In this document: one piece after another, positions 38,501 through 46,603 of the stretch
How positions within the stretch are numbered: position 1 is the stretch's first letter
Layout: every line of letters starts with the position of its first letter
IMG/VR virus record: IMGVR_UViG_3300047548_000930
Coordinates: 3,258 to 67,257 of that record
DNA: 64,000 nucleotides
Reading direction: 5' to 3' (one strand)
DNA from: a virus
Position numbers and translations under genes: made by a program
Notes under the pieces: generated by a model
What the model saw: the letters and a program-made list of their open reading frames with translations, nothing else
Told to the model about the DNA's origin: nothing
The model's database searches: none

Positions 38501-38744
38501 CTGGAATTTTTACATTGAAAAAGTGGAAGGCGCTACCACTTAAAAACTCTTTGTTTTTAATTAATTCTGGGCTCCAAAGAGGAACACCGTATGCTTTATT
38601 AAATGCACTGTTAATGATTTGCAGTGCTTTATCTATCTCAGCAACTACTGCGCTACGGGAAATCTTGTTTAAGTCTAGACGTTGAGCGGCAATGCCGTCT
38701 ATCTCAACATTGCCGCCTTCGTTAAGTATTGTTTTATTGATCAT
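32523..38744 (-). CDS. 2073-aa multidomain protein: Pol-beta NTase, ligase-like, HIGH NTase, small RNase-like, second Pol-beta NTase, amidoligase, C-terminal domain
   Basis: SGS..GDIDT..QID; KVDG..EGLVI..AKV; GHIGH..VGTDR; H-x2-ER-x2-ER; SGS..SDIDLH..VELY; GFEFE..ELVSP..GFH..IEFR. Confidence 0.85.
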   Translation of the reverse strand: MINKTILNEGGNVEIDGIAAQRLDLNKISRSAVVAEIDKALQIINSAFNKAYGVPLWSPELIKNKEFLSGSAFHFFNVKIPDDQFTKVKSSVGDIDTMVDKNLADKAKDFLTRATGKQFGPAKLIGFKPNPGQDTFISLWQFKDPAVNVQIDMELVDYDKGSPTEWSKFSHSSAWEDLSAGIKGVFHKYLLRSLTHKDAKERYIQMKTKLKKVTASDLAFAVTGGVRQKFEPVIDPKTKKPAVADDGLGIYKEVPASESEYVTDISGMFTLLIGRKPTKGEEKYLGSFVGVLALINKYFTPEDKNKITQAFMALLFGPAAQQLYKGDPATDKREKEIAINKLIDTLKVSINKNELAKTLADYYSKYKAESITEADAPDYKRQGIKHIYNPGSTVEMKDLDFLAFVDAIAKNGGTLDNIPITLKVDGAGIRFGKDQSGKPFFMTSRVTNPIYADNIGMFEKYARDNNGSEEQIARAEKYDQALNLIVNSDFIKELPKDTIVQAEMMYNPMAEKTNTGLKFVNIPYDSKKLGKQMTLVPIIASTYSTGERLPDTIIEKLITKSTPNIKIIGTELQHSDIDVKSIVEPIARMDDTLRTALSSKKKNDPAKAKAKEILTAARKAISDAIINSPNIKGKDKLGSTIEGLVIAMPNGQLAKVTSTEMKGAMAAKIKKAPTTGSNRTKAAVVTAGSFVGHIGHQKVIDTVIAAAKKLGGDPYVYISSKTGPDDPIPPEVKLATWKKMYPEYANIFQLIVSPDGVTVPSPVKKIEKELVLPSDSTYKKIVLMVGTDRYEGFKKWMDTLEKRMKDPAALAKFGGTQDQVDYDVIAIPRGAALGGIDASFTALRNTLKDPNLSLQQKLDTWMKGFGGKLDEDWIKKLMMLTAKGMGVKLGEAKSPWDKMTKAVPGLADSEKRAQEALAAIRQANAEYEAILAKENPTKITEKANPKKDKYYINFDFADGPVYISGHLLERLAERTLSQKDMLDILSNAKKQFGDKISNLENVDFVIKRKRDGLGYGIKKILMMDDSYKYVIATAHDEKNYGKYQTRYFVEGGTPADDFMPTINDELNPQLFNSAGRMSPVVRQKLLDIAEDFKNFIGIELPNLKDITISGSNAAYNYTPNSDIDLHLIVDLPKVDDDAIYRELFDAKKFQYNEQHDYKIKGFDVELYVQNANEDHVSNGIYSIMNNDWVKRPEQTTVEVDESNVREKYDVLKALILKALKAQDYNLAVKLRHTLKKYRQVGLHSTGEFGAENLAWKALRSNGLIAKLYDMLNDMKDKEFSLENHEQRLTEIDMSPGALQKFSASDIAKSTTVGFEFEMIVPNMADENGGDSEPDYDMDERVTSSTMGAMQDDLISFFRDSEARRTIERAVEEVSDELNEYIMMDFDNELESDYWQEELRRKYKEDTTYDEEEIEKSIKDQDSTYDDVVQSLRDDYMSEWDDLRGFLEYNSLSMMSEWAERFGWDWPHWTETSSGEVDEQAMSEVADEIKNAVGMPVKFAADYHAFKSNREGGVWYLETDSSIDADESAGEGGLELVSPPLPLEQALQKLDVVLTWMNNHGAYTDSSTGFHMGVSIPQMENVDYIKLILFLGDKYVLDQFGRLGNGYARSSLDKMQTQTGPYVMRNMPTIFETLRSGLNKAALKMVDDALVPRGDKYVSVNIKKGYIEFRSAGGNYLEAIEKIKNTLLRYVRVMALAADPNEAKQEYAKKLYKLLYSAKNNENEDNVVKLFSMFASGSISKAELVMKLKAKQELRLAKKRGPIDWAILDRNGNPFTIVKAISSKEALSKGFEWENNNPVYGGPRGARVATPDDIKAVASRNEGQWSRWTVYDHDNNVLTYVSARSRQEATQLALRWGRENNRVVAAVDQDDGTVRIPSAESKEVVTELANKPYPFTAEGDMREYTADFVTDAGVEYIVLISVNDKNKPNMASISFSAFTENDEDGTIKVTNTGDAFKVLTTVMLVIKTYLSKYENITKIDFASYANELSRVKLYDASTKMLPKIIPTFKFKNRKVDRGIVAYTFERIKKPTTVKEYIEAADKPFVWQKEEPKKELTEMQKACILGGQEYTGEID

Positions 38745-38782
38745 TTAATAGCCCATTAATGTATATAGACTATTTATTTGTG

Positions 38783-39226
38783 TTAAATGTTTTCAAGTAA
38801 CCAAATGTAAATTGGTGTGCTGAACTTAATTTCCCAGCGACCGTTATATCCTAAATTAATACAGTTTTTAACTAACTCTGGAGCACTATCTCCGTAAATG
38901 TCTTTACGGGGATAATAATTTGAATGTGTATGCTTTAAATATCCAATATTAATCTCATCAAATGAGATTTCGTCAATGTTGAGAAGCTGATCTTTAACAA
39001 TTTTATCATTTTCAACAACAGTTTGATATTTGTCCTTATCGTAAAGTTCAATAGCTAATGTATGGGAATCTTCTGTTAGTTCTCCACTCCATTTAATTTC
39101 TTTTTGATCAGCAATTTCACCGTCAAAAATTAATTGTGCATCTACATAAACTTTTGCTTTCGGTGCATTTTTCCAAAAGTTGCTGGATAAAGTTACTACA
39201 ATATCAACTGTTTCAAGATTTGACAT
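38783..39226 (-). CDS. Hypothetical beta-rich protein (paralog of 17761-18234)
   Basis: DQLLNIDEI and GYNGRWEIKFSTPIYIWL. Confidence 0.7.
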   Translation of the reverse strand: MSNLETVDIVVTLSSNFWKNAPKAKVYVDAQLIFDGEIADQKEIKWSGELTEDSHTLAIELYDKDKYQTVVENDKIVKDQLLNIDEISFDEINIGYLKHTHSNYYPRKDIYGDSAPELVKNCINLGYNGRWEIKFSTPIYIWLLENI

Positions 39227-40046
39227 CTGAGTTGCTTTCTAATTCAATTTTTTCGTAAGCTTTAAGTTGCTCACTATTGTCTTTTAGATTAGCTGTCCAC
39301 TCATCTGCAAGTTTCTTAATAACATTAACGTCACCTTGGAATGTGTATGTACCACAATGATCTAATTTAATCTCAGTATCGACCCAAACTGGGATATTAA
39401 GTTTTTCACGCACACGTTTACAGAACGTCCAATCCTCAGATAGATAATGACCGTTTTCATCAATCATTGTATCAAACAATGCATACATATGTGGTTCATA
39501 CTGAGGTCCAAGATTGAGACTGTCTTTATATTTTAACTCAGGCATTGCCTCAATGAGCTTTTCAATTACATCACGCTTAATAAGCATAAAACCTGTACCT
39601 GATGTAGAAACTTCAAGTAACGATCCTACGCGCCTTCCCCCTGGCAATGAGTTAATGACATAACGAATTGGTAACCCTTTCATAGGGTAAAGTCCACACA
39701 CAACACCGGCTTCATATAATACCATACGCAGAACTGATTCAGCATCCCATTTAATATCTGCATCAATCCACATAAGGTGTGTTGCTTTTGAATTAGCTAA
39801 GAATTTAGAAACAAGATTGTTTCGTCCACGAGGAATGAGGCTTTCATTAACCATAGTATCTACACTAAAGTTAATGCCATATTTCATAGCAAGCATAGCA
39901 AATCTCATATAGCTACCAAAGCATGGTTCCATAATGTTTCCACCATAGCAGGGTGTACAAAAATGAATATGAACTTTTTGTAGTTTTTCGAGGGCTTGCT
40001 TTTGTGCTTCCTCGGCTGTTAAATTATTAGTTGCTTCTTCTGCCAT
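39213..40046 (-). CDS. GT-A fold glycosyltransferase-like protein
   Basis: TPCYGG, ESLIPRGRN, WIDADI (DxD), GTGFMLIKR and LSEDWTFC. Confidence 0.82.
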   Translation of the reverse strand: MAEEATNNLTAEEAQKQALEKLQKVHIHFCTPCYGGNIMEPCFGSYMRFAMLAMKYGINFSVDTMVNESLIPRGRNNLVSKFLANSKATHLMWIDADIKWDAESVLRMVLYEAGVVCGLYPMKGLPIRYVINSLPGGRRVGSLLEVSTSGTGFMLIKRDVIEKLIEAMPELKYKDSLNLGPQYEPHMYALFDTMIDENGHYLSEDWTFCKRVREKLNIPVWVDTEIKLDHCGTYTFQGDVNVIKKLADEWTANLKDNSEQLKAYEKIELESNSDVKS

Positions 40047-40056
40047 ATTTTACCTG

Positions 40057-40215
40057 TTATTCAATCTCAATTAGTGTATCGTTGCCAATCATTTCTTGAA
40101 TAACTGCTACTAGCGTAGCAAGCATTTCATCGTGCATGATTGGATAATTTTCTTCGCTATCACGTACTAACTTACTAAGTGTTATAGTTATCTTCTGTTC
40201 GTTTATCTTCGCCAT
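40057..40215 (-). CDS. 52-aa hypothetical protein (not in ORF track)
   Basis: MAKINEQKITITLSKLVRD...LIEIE; GGAG SD and TAAATA upstream. Confidence 0.7.
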   Translation of the reverse strand: MAKINEQKITITLSKLVRDSEENYPIMHDEMLATLVAVIQEMIGNDTLIEIE

Positions 40216-40573
40216 GGATTTCTCCCTCCACGGTATTTAGCGTAGTTAACTGCTCTGTTTTTACTTTAGGCTTACGTCCACGCTTTTTACCTGCAACCTT
40301 CTTGCCGCCATCTGCTTTAATATCAAAGACGCTGGCAAGTCTAATTGGATCCATGCCATCAACTTCCTTAACATCATTAATATGCATGGTAAACTTCTTA
40401 CCTAGCCTATCTCTACACTTAAAAATTACACCATCGAAATCTTCCATCATTAGCTCTAGTGGAAGAGTTTGTAGTGTTTGGCCAAGACCCGACGTTTCTG
40501 TATAACCATACAGCAGCGTACCAGGTTTCATAATGCCACGATTAATTAGAGCTTCAGCTAGTTGTCTTTTCAT
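40175..40573 (-). CDS. Hypothetical protein with basic GKKRGRKPK tail
   Basis: VDGMDPIRLA; operon-coupled. Confidence 0.7.
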   Translation of the reverse strand: MKRQLAEALINRGIMKPGTLLYGYTETSGLGQTLQTLPLELMMEDFDGVIFKCRDRLGKKFTMHINDVKEVDGMDPIRLASVFDIKADGGKKVAGKKRGRKPKVKTEQLTTLNTVEGEIHGEDKRTEDNYNT

Positions 40574-41249
40574 TTAGTTCCTCTAAGGTTGTAAACTTTT
40601 CAATTCTTTTTATGAATAGAGGGTTGATTAATGCGATAATGCACAGCACGTCCTCACTATTGGTGTAAAAGTATGGTGTACCCCAATAGTTGCCTCTCTT
40701 AATTCGTTCAGTAGTTCTATCATCAAATGTAGAAGTATTTGGATCATTATTAATTTGATCCACAATAGCACCTACTGCGTCTAGACCTATCTTTTGAATT
40801 GTTCTGTAATTGGTTGCCCAGTGTATACGATAACGCCACTTTTTGTGGGGTAAACGCTTAACAACAGAAGTAACTGCTCTAGGTAATTCTGGTTTAATAG
40901 CCGATTCCTCTAAAACAGTTTCTTCCATTTTGCCAACCTCAATATTGTTCCACTCTTTTAAGGAAGCAACTGAGATCTTCTCTAATACTGTAACAATGTC
41001 GTGACAGTAAATGGCTAAGGTATCGTACTCGGCACGTGTTCTAAACAAAGATGAGTCGAGGTTGTTATACAATGGCATTGTAACTTTTCGACTCATATTA
41101 CGAAGGCGCGCCCAGTCCCTCACACGTTGATTATTTTCTAATCTAATAATGTGAGGGAATTCACTGTAATACTTTTTGTAGTTAGGCTTGAGGGAGATTT
41201 TAACTCCCTCAGAGCGCAACTGATCCATTAACGCGGATAATTCCATCAT
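40554..41249 (-). CDS. Hypothetical protein
   Basis: Long ORF directly downstream of clpA. Confidence 0.7.
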   Translation of the reverse strand: MMELSALMDQLRSEGVKISLKPNYKKYYSEFPHIIRLENNQRVRDWARLRNMSRKVTMPLYNNLDSSLFRTRAEYDTLAIYCHDIVTVLEKISVASLKEWNNIEVGKMEETVLEESAIKPELPRAVTSVVKRLPHKKWRYRIHWATNYRTIQKIGLDAVGAIVDQINNDPNTSTFDDRTTERIKRGNYWGTPYFYTNSEDVLCIIALINPLFIKRIEKFTTLEELNEKTTS

Positions 41250-43479
41250 CTCCTACCACTTGATTATCGTCATGTTGTACAAATTCAATTTTGCCATCCA
41301 CGAGCTTCGCTACAAGTGTAGCACCTGCAGGGATTTTGTCAAATAGTATTTTGCGGGAAAGTGGAACCTTTACCAATTCATTAATCTTACGACTAATAGG
41401 ACGGGCACCCATCTTTGCATCGTAGCCCTTCTCAATAATGAGATCGACAACTGGCTCTTCCAAACGTAGCTTAATGCCACGATCACCAAGTAGTTCGTTA
41501 ATCTCAACAATGAACTTAGCTACAATCTTGCGTAGGCTCATTTGATCTAGCTTACCAAACTTAACAATCCCATCAAGACGGTTGCGGAATTCTGGGCGGA
41601 AGTACTGTTGCACCGCTTTATCATCCTCTCCCTTTTTCTCAGGAGATCCAAAACCGATGCTGTTTCTTTCGCCTTCCTGAGCACCCAGATTGCTTGTCAT
41701 AATAACAAGACAATTACGTGCATCAGCCTTCTTGCCGTTTGAACCAGTTACCATACCTTCGTCCATGAGTGCAAGTAATGCAGTCATAACGTCGGGGTGT
41801 GCCTTTTCAACTTCATCAAATAGGATGATTGCATTTGGATTCTTAGTAATATCACTAATAAGCAGGCCGCCGCCTAGGTTACCATCATCGTAGCCAACAT
41901 ATCCTGGAGGTGCACCAATTAGACGTGCAACTGAGTGCTTTTCTTGGTATTCGCCCATGTCATAGCGTAGGAGCTTCATGCCCATATTCTCACCAAGCAG
42001 CTTGGCAAGTTCAGTCTTACCAGTACCAGTTGGACCTAGGAAGAGGAACACGCCCATTGGCTTGTTAATGCTCTTAAGTCCTGCCTTAGCAACGTATACC
42101 TTTTCAAGTACATTGTCAACAGCATTGTCCTGGCCAAACAGTTTAGACTTAATTGCGCTTTCAAGATCAACAGCAACTTCATCGTTCTTAGCATCAATTT
42201 GGCTAATTGGAATCTTAGTTGCAGTGCTAATCTCGTCAACAATCATGCCGCGTGTAACAGCAAAGTTCTTGTGATCTTTTACTTTTTGCCTTGCACAAGC
42301 AGAGTCAATTAGATCAAGTGCCTTATCTGGAAGCTTCTTATCGCTTTGATAACGAACGGAAAGATCAACTGCTGCCTCAACTGCATCATCAGTAATAGTT
42401 GCAGTGTGGAACTTCTCAAAGTAAGGACGTAGCCCCTTTAGAATTTCCTTAGCATGTGAAGGGGTTGGTTCATCAACAGTAAGCCTGTGGAAACGACGCA
42501 TTAGCGCACGATCCTTTTCAAAGCTTGTGCTGTATTCTTCCCATGTAGTTGAAGCAATTACCTTGATCTTGCCCTTAGCAAGTGCAGGCTTAATCATGTT
42601 AGAGAAGTCTACATCACTGTGACCGCCTGAGCCAGCACCGCGCATCTGATGTGCTTCGTCTACGAAGAGGATTGCCTTACCCTTTTTAGATAGTGCATTA
42701 ATTACTTCACGTAGCTTTTCTTCAAACTCGCCACGGAACTTTGAACCAGCAAGTAATGTACCAATGTCGAGATTGTATACACGCCAGTCCTTAAGGAACT
42801 CTGGCACGTTGCCGTTTACAATGTTAAGTGCAAGCCCTTCGGCAATTGCAGTCTTACCAACACCCGGGTCACCAACCATTAGTACGTTATTCTTATTACG
42901 GCGCGCAAGAATCTGAGCAATTTCAATTAACTCTACCTCACGACCAATAACTGGATCAATTTCACCTTCTTCTGCCTTTTCATTAAGGTCAGTACAGTAC
43001 TCTTCAAGTACTGCATCCGCGGCAGACATGTCAGATCCACTGCCTTTGGCATTGCGGTTATTGTGTGCTGTTACGATTTTAGCTTTATCCATACCATACT
43101 TGGTAAAATAATATGCTGCCCAACTATCTGTTTCATTGCTGAGACTTAGATAAATGTCTACTGGCTGCATTACTTGGCGATTGCTAAAAAGAACCTGTGT
43201 AAATGCACGATTGAATACACGCTCTAGCGCATGTGTTTTATTAGGCTGCTCGACGCTATCACCTGATAAGTATGTTTGTTCTGACAAATGACGGGTAATT
43301 TCTTCAACCAGTTCAGGCTGATCAACTCCAGCATCTATGAGAATGTTTTTAAATCCATCATTGACAACAAGTGCCAACGCTAAGTGTTCGGTTGTAACCA
43401 ATTTATGATTAGCAGCTTTGGCGATTTCAATTGCATGTGCAACGATACGGTCAATTTCTGGATTATTTTGAAGTGCCAA
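41209..43479 (-). CDS. clpA: ATP-dependent Clp protease ATP-binding subunit ClpA
   Basis: Clp N-domain, two Walker A motifs ([16 protein letters not shown]), [12 protein letters not shown] ClpP-docking loop, no M-domain; TTG start after GGAG. Confidence 0.93.
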   Translation of the reverse strand: MALQNNPEIDRIVAHAIEIAKAANHKLVTTEHLALALVVNDGFKNILIDAGVDQPELVEEITRHLSEQTYLSGDSVEQPNKTHALERVFNRAFTQVLFSNRQVMQPVDIYLSLSNETDSWAAYYFTKYGMDKAKIVTAHNNRNAKGSGSDMSAADAVLEEYCTDLNEKAEEGEIDPVIGREVELIEIAQILARRNKNNVLMVGDPGVGKTAIAEGLALNIVNGNVPEFLKDWRVYNLDIGTLLAGSKFRGEFEEKLREVINALSKKGKAILFVDEAHQMRGAGSGGHSDVDFSNMIKPALAKGKIKVIASTTWEEYSTSFEKDRALMRRFHRLTVDEPTPSHAKEILKGLRPYFEKFHTATITDDAVEAAVDLSVRYQSDKKLPDKALDLIDSACARQKVKDHKNFAVTRGMIVDEISTATKIPISQIDAKNDEVAVDLESAIKSKLFGQDNAVDNVLEKVYVAKAGLKSINKPMGVFLFLGPTGTGKTELAKLLGENMGMKLLRYDMGEYQEKHSVARLIGAPPGYVGYDDGNLGGGLLISDITKNPNAIILFDEVEKAHPDVMTALLALMDEGMVTGSNGKKADARNCLVIMTSNLGAQEGERNSIGFGSPEKKGEDDKAVQQYFRPEFRNRLDGIVKFGKLDQMSLRKIVAKFIVEINELLGDRGIKLRLEEPVVDLIIEKGYDAKMGARPISRKINELVKVPLSRKILFDKIPAGATLVAKLVDGKIEFVQHDDNQVVGDDGIIRVNGSVAL

Positions 43480-43553
43480 CTGTTTTCTCCATTTAGTTGC
43501 TTACAGTATAATATAGTGCAGATTCTGTAAGTGTCAAGTGTTATATTGCACTA

Positions 43554-44408
43554 TTAAGTATTTAAACCGTTTTGAATTGAAACAATTTGTTTTACCAATT
43601 CAATCTGCTCGTTCGTTAGATTAGTTGGAACAGATACATTGATATGTAAGTATTGAGCACCAATGAACTTATTACGGTTCATGCTTGGCAAACCTTCGCT
43701 TGGTAAACGTAGTACTGTTCCATTTTGGCTTCCCGCTGGTATTGTTACCTTAACCCTCTTACCACGAATAGTTACGAACTCAATAGTCGATCCAAGTGTC
43801 GCTTTAAAACAATCTATGGTAATATTAGAATGTAAGTCCTCGTTAACACGATTGAACCTTTCAGTTGGTAATACTGTCACTTCAACCATTAGATCACCAG
43901 CTGGTTGATCTGTGTAAGTGTTTTGTCCCATACCTCTGTATGTAATAACAGCACCATCATGTATACCAGGTGGAATTTTAATTTCTACTTGCTTATTGCC
44001 AGTGCCGGCATTAAGGTCAATAGTTTTAGTTTGTTCTTGTAATATTGATTCTAGTGGAATTGATATACGAATACGTATATTGCTATTTCTTGGTTTACGT
44101 CTTCCGCCTGGAAATCCTGCAGCTTGTGCGAAGATGTTCATAAAATCTTCGTTTGAGAATATATCTTCAAAGTGGAAATGTGTACCACTACGATATGCGT
44201 TTGCTCTTGGGTCAAACCCGCCCATGTCATACTGTGCTTTCTTATTAGGGTCACTTAGTATGTCATTTGCTTGATTTATTTCTTTAAACTTTTCTGGATC
44301 ACCGCCAAGATCAGGGTGATACTTTTTAGCTAGTTTACGATAAGCTGATTTAATTTCATCAGCAGTTGCAGTACGGCTAACGCCAAGTATTTCATAAGGA
44401 TCACGCAT
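43554..44408 (-). CDS. dnaJ: Class B J-domain protein (DnaJ/CbpA-like, no Zn finger)
   Basis: J-domain with HPD, G/F region and DnaJ C-terminal domain. Confidence 0.9.
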   Translation of the reverse strand: MRDPYEILGVSRTATADEIKSAYRKLAKKYHPDLGGDPEKFKEINQANDILSDPNKKAQYDMGGFDPRANAYRSGTHFHFEDIFSNEDFMNIFAQAAGFPGGRRKPRNSNIRIRISIPLESILQEQTKTIDLNAGTGNKQVEIKIPPGIHDGAVITYRGMGQNTYTDQPAGDLMVEVTVLPTERFNRVNEDLHSNITIDCFKATLGSTIEFVTIRGKRVKVTIPAGSQNGTVLRLPSEGLPSMNRNKFIGAQYLHINVSVPTNLTNEQIELVKQIVSIQNGLNT

Positions 44409-44439
44409 GATATATTAATTTATGCTATCATGCGTGATC
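44399..44439 (-). promoter_or_regulatory. 14-bp perfect hairpin covering the dnaJ start codon, overlapped by a promoter
   Basis: GATCACGCATGATA-N13-TATCATGCGTGATC; TTGATA-N17-TAAATT with the -10 in the loop. Confidence 0.65.
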
Positions 44440-44450
44440 TATCAAGTAAA

Positions 44451-45029
44451 TTATTTGTCTCTTCCAGTACCAACTGGACGCTTTTTAACTACTTTTTTAG
44501 TAGCGGCTACAGTTTTAGAAACTGGGCTTATGGTTCCAACGGGTACTAAGGTTGGTATTGAATTGTTTGAAGCAGAATACTTTGTAAACTTTTCAATCGC
44601 ACGACTACCAAACCAGAAACCAATGATGGCTGAGAATATTGCCATTGTTTCACCATCCCAAATTACAAGTAATAGATCGGCAGTTGGGGTTCCGCGTTCT
44701 ACTAATACCCAAAACGCTGCTATTTTAATACCCACAAATACAAGGAAGAAAGCGTAGGTAATGGTTGGCCTGATAGAAGCTCGTAATGCTGCCCAAAAGC
44801 CTGTATACTCAATATCACTATCATGCTTGCGAACAGATTCTCCCTCGAGAGCATCCGCCTTAATTTCCTCAATCTGTAACTGTAATATAAGTCCTTCTCT
44901 AGCTGCATCCATCTTGATTTTAGTGAGATCGATTTCATGTTTATAATCCAGCTTTTTTTCAAATATCTTGATGATATTTGGAAGCAAACTAGATATCACT
45001 CCAAATATCGTAGACAATAATGTAATCAT
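44451..45029 (-). CDS. Holin-like membrane protein (GTA 3TM type)
   Basis: LRASIRPTITY and IIGFWFGSR, with transmembrane segments. Confidence 0.7.
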   Translation of the reverse strand: MITLLSTIFGVISSLLPNIIKIFEKKLDYKHEIDLTKIKMDAAREGLILQLQIEEIKADALEGESVRKHDSDIEYTGFWAALRASIRPTITYAFFLVFVGIKIAAFWVLVERGTPTADLLLVIWDGETMAIFSAIIGFWFGSRAIEKFTKYSASNNSIPTLVPVGTISPVSKTVAATKKVVKKRPVGTGRDK

Positions 45030-45038
45030 TTATTTCTC

Positions 45039-45365
45039 CTAGTTATTCTCGTCTTTTAATTCTTGCTTAACTAATTCAATTTCTGACTCAGTTATTGTAC
45101 CGTCTAGGAGCATTTTTTGAATTTTTTCTTTTGATCTACTCCATGCAGATACACCAATGATAGTGCCCATTGCTAAATGATACAAACCACCGTTAGTTAA
45201 TGTAAGTGGAACCCAAGGAACATATGGTGCTCCAATATGATGATAATAAAGTGCTGTTAACACTGGTGCTATGATAAAATCAAAAACACACACGGCAAAA
45301 TATTGCCATGCCATTGCTGGACGCCAATAATATTGTATCCAACTTTCCCCGTTTTTTTTGGCCAT
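45039..45365 (-). CDS. Holin-like membrane protein
   Basis: WRPAMAW..FD...GAW-type motifs and R-S-x-EK; two TM segments. Confidence 0.7.
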   Translation of the reverse strand: MAKKNGESWIQYYWRPAMAWQYFAVCVFDFIIAPVLTALYYHHIGAPYVPWVPLTLTNGGLYHLAMGTIIGVSAWSRSKEKIQKMLLDGTITESEIELVKQELKDENN

Positions 45366-45400
45366 TTACTGGCTCCTTGTTATTATAGCAGTATTTATTT

Positions 45401-45934
45401 TTACTTGCTTAAATTAACAAATGCTTTTATTTCTGGGTCGGTTACTGCTTCTGTTTTTGGAGCAAGTCCTGCTGCCATTTGCATATTTTCTAAGGCAACA
45501 TCATCTGAAGTTTTGTTTAATTTACGGTATTTGCGTGGGTCTAAGGGAATCTTGCTCACTAAATTTTCATGCGATAGCGGAGTATAATCACGTTCTTTGT
45601 GATATTTGAACTCATATTTAAATGGTTCAATGCCGTTTAAATTTTTCATGTCATCGAGTAATTTTAATAATTTTTCTGGAATTGACGGTCTACGCAAAGC
45701 TTCAACGAAGACTAAGTAGCTACCATCATCTAATTCCCCGGCACTTACATCAGCATCTAAGATCCAATCGTAACCTTTTTCTAAAAAGTTTACTAAATCT
45801 GCTGCCTGATCTTTGTACGTAGATTTAAAGCTAATAACAATAATGTCAGCATCGTCGCCCATTTTAGCTTTAAATTCATCAATATGAATTTTATTGCTAA
45901 TGCTATCCTTAAGTTCCATTTTTTTAAGCGACAC
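45401..45934 (-). CDS. Conserved hypothetical late protein
   Basis: IHIDEFKAKMGDD...DLVNFLEKGY. Confidence 0.7.
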   Translation of the reverse strand: MSLKKMELKDSISNKIHIDEFKAKMGDDADIIVISFKSTYKDQAADLVNFLEKGYDWILDADVSAGELDDGSYLVFVEALRRPSIPEKLLKLLDDMKNLNGIEPFKYEFKYHKERDYTPLSHENLVSKIPLDPRKYRKLNKTSDDVALENMQMAAGLAPKTEAVTDPEIKAFVNLSK

Positions 45935-46499
45935 CTGGTATTTCTCCTAAATCAAGAGTTTCTTCACCACCTAGAGTTTGATCAAACTCGGAATCATTTT
46001 CTTTTTGAACGTTAGCTTGTTGATCAATGCCTTGCTGATAAGCATTTTGAATATCTTCTAGATCCATATCTTCGCCGGCAATTTCTAAGCTACCTTGCTC
46101 AATGTCGGCAATTAATTCTTTTGGCATCTTTATTTCTACTATCCAAATTGGAACATCGATAAGTTTGCCTTTTTTACTGCCATCTGGTCTAAAATCATCG
46201 GGTGTTTTAATCTTTGTTGGTATTTGGATACTAGTTTTTTCAAATGTTACTTTGCAGCCATATGGTAGCAAACGCTCTGCACCGCGTGGATCGGGCATCA
46301 TTTTACGTGGCCACATAAACTTGCAACTAACCCAGTACTTTTCAATTACTGGTCCTTCAACCAGCTCACCTTTTTCCCAGTTATCGAATACATAAAGGTC
46401 AAGTTCGTCGATAACTCGTTCAAAATCTAGCAATACATTTAAGCTACTATTGCTCATATATATTGATTTAGTGTTTTTAATTGCGTCTTTAATATCCAT
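45924..46499 (-). CDS. Conserved hypothetical late protein
   Basis: DFERVIDE...MPDPRGA; TAAATA 5 nt before the ATG. Confidence 0.75.
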   Translation of the reverse strand: MDIKDAIKNTKSIYMSNSSLNVLLDFERVIDELDLYVFDNWEKGELVEGPVIEKYWVSCKFMWPRKMMPDPRGAERLLPYGCKVTFEKTSIQIPTKIKTPDDFRPDGSKKGKLIDVPIWIVEIKMPKELIADIEQGSLEIAGEDMDLEDIQNAYQQGIDQQANVQKENDSEFDQTLGGEETLDLGEIPGVA

Positions 46500-46603
46500 A
46501 CGAGTATTTATTAAATTGAATTGAAATGTTTGCTACAAATAAACAGATATTATTATAATCCCATTGTTTGAAGCAACAGTTCTTTGAACAACCGTAAATA
46601 CTT

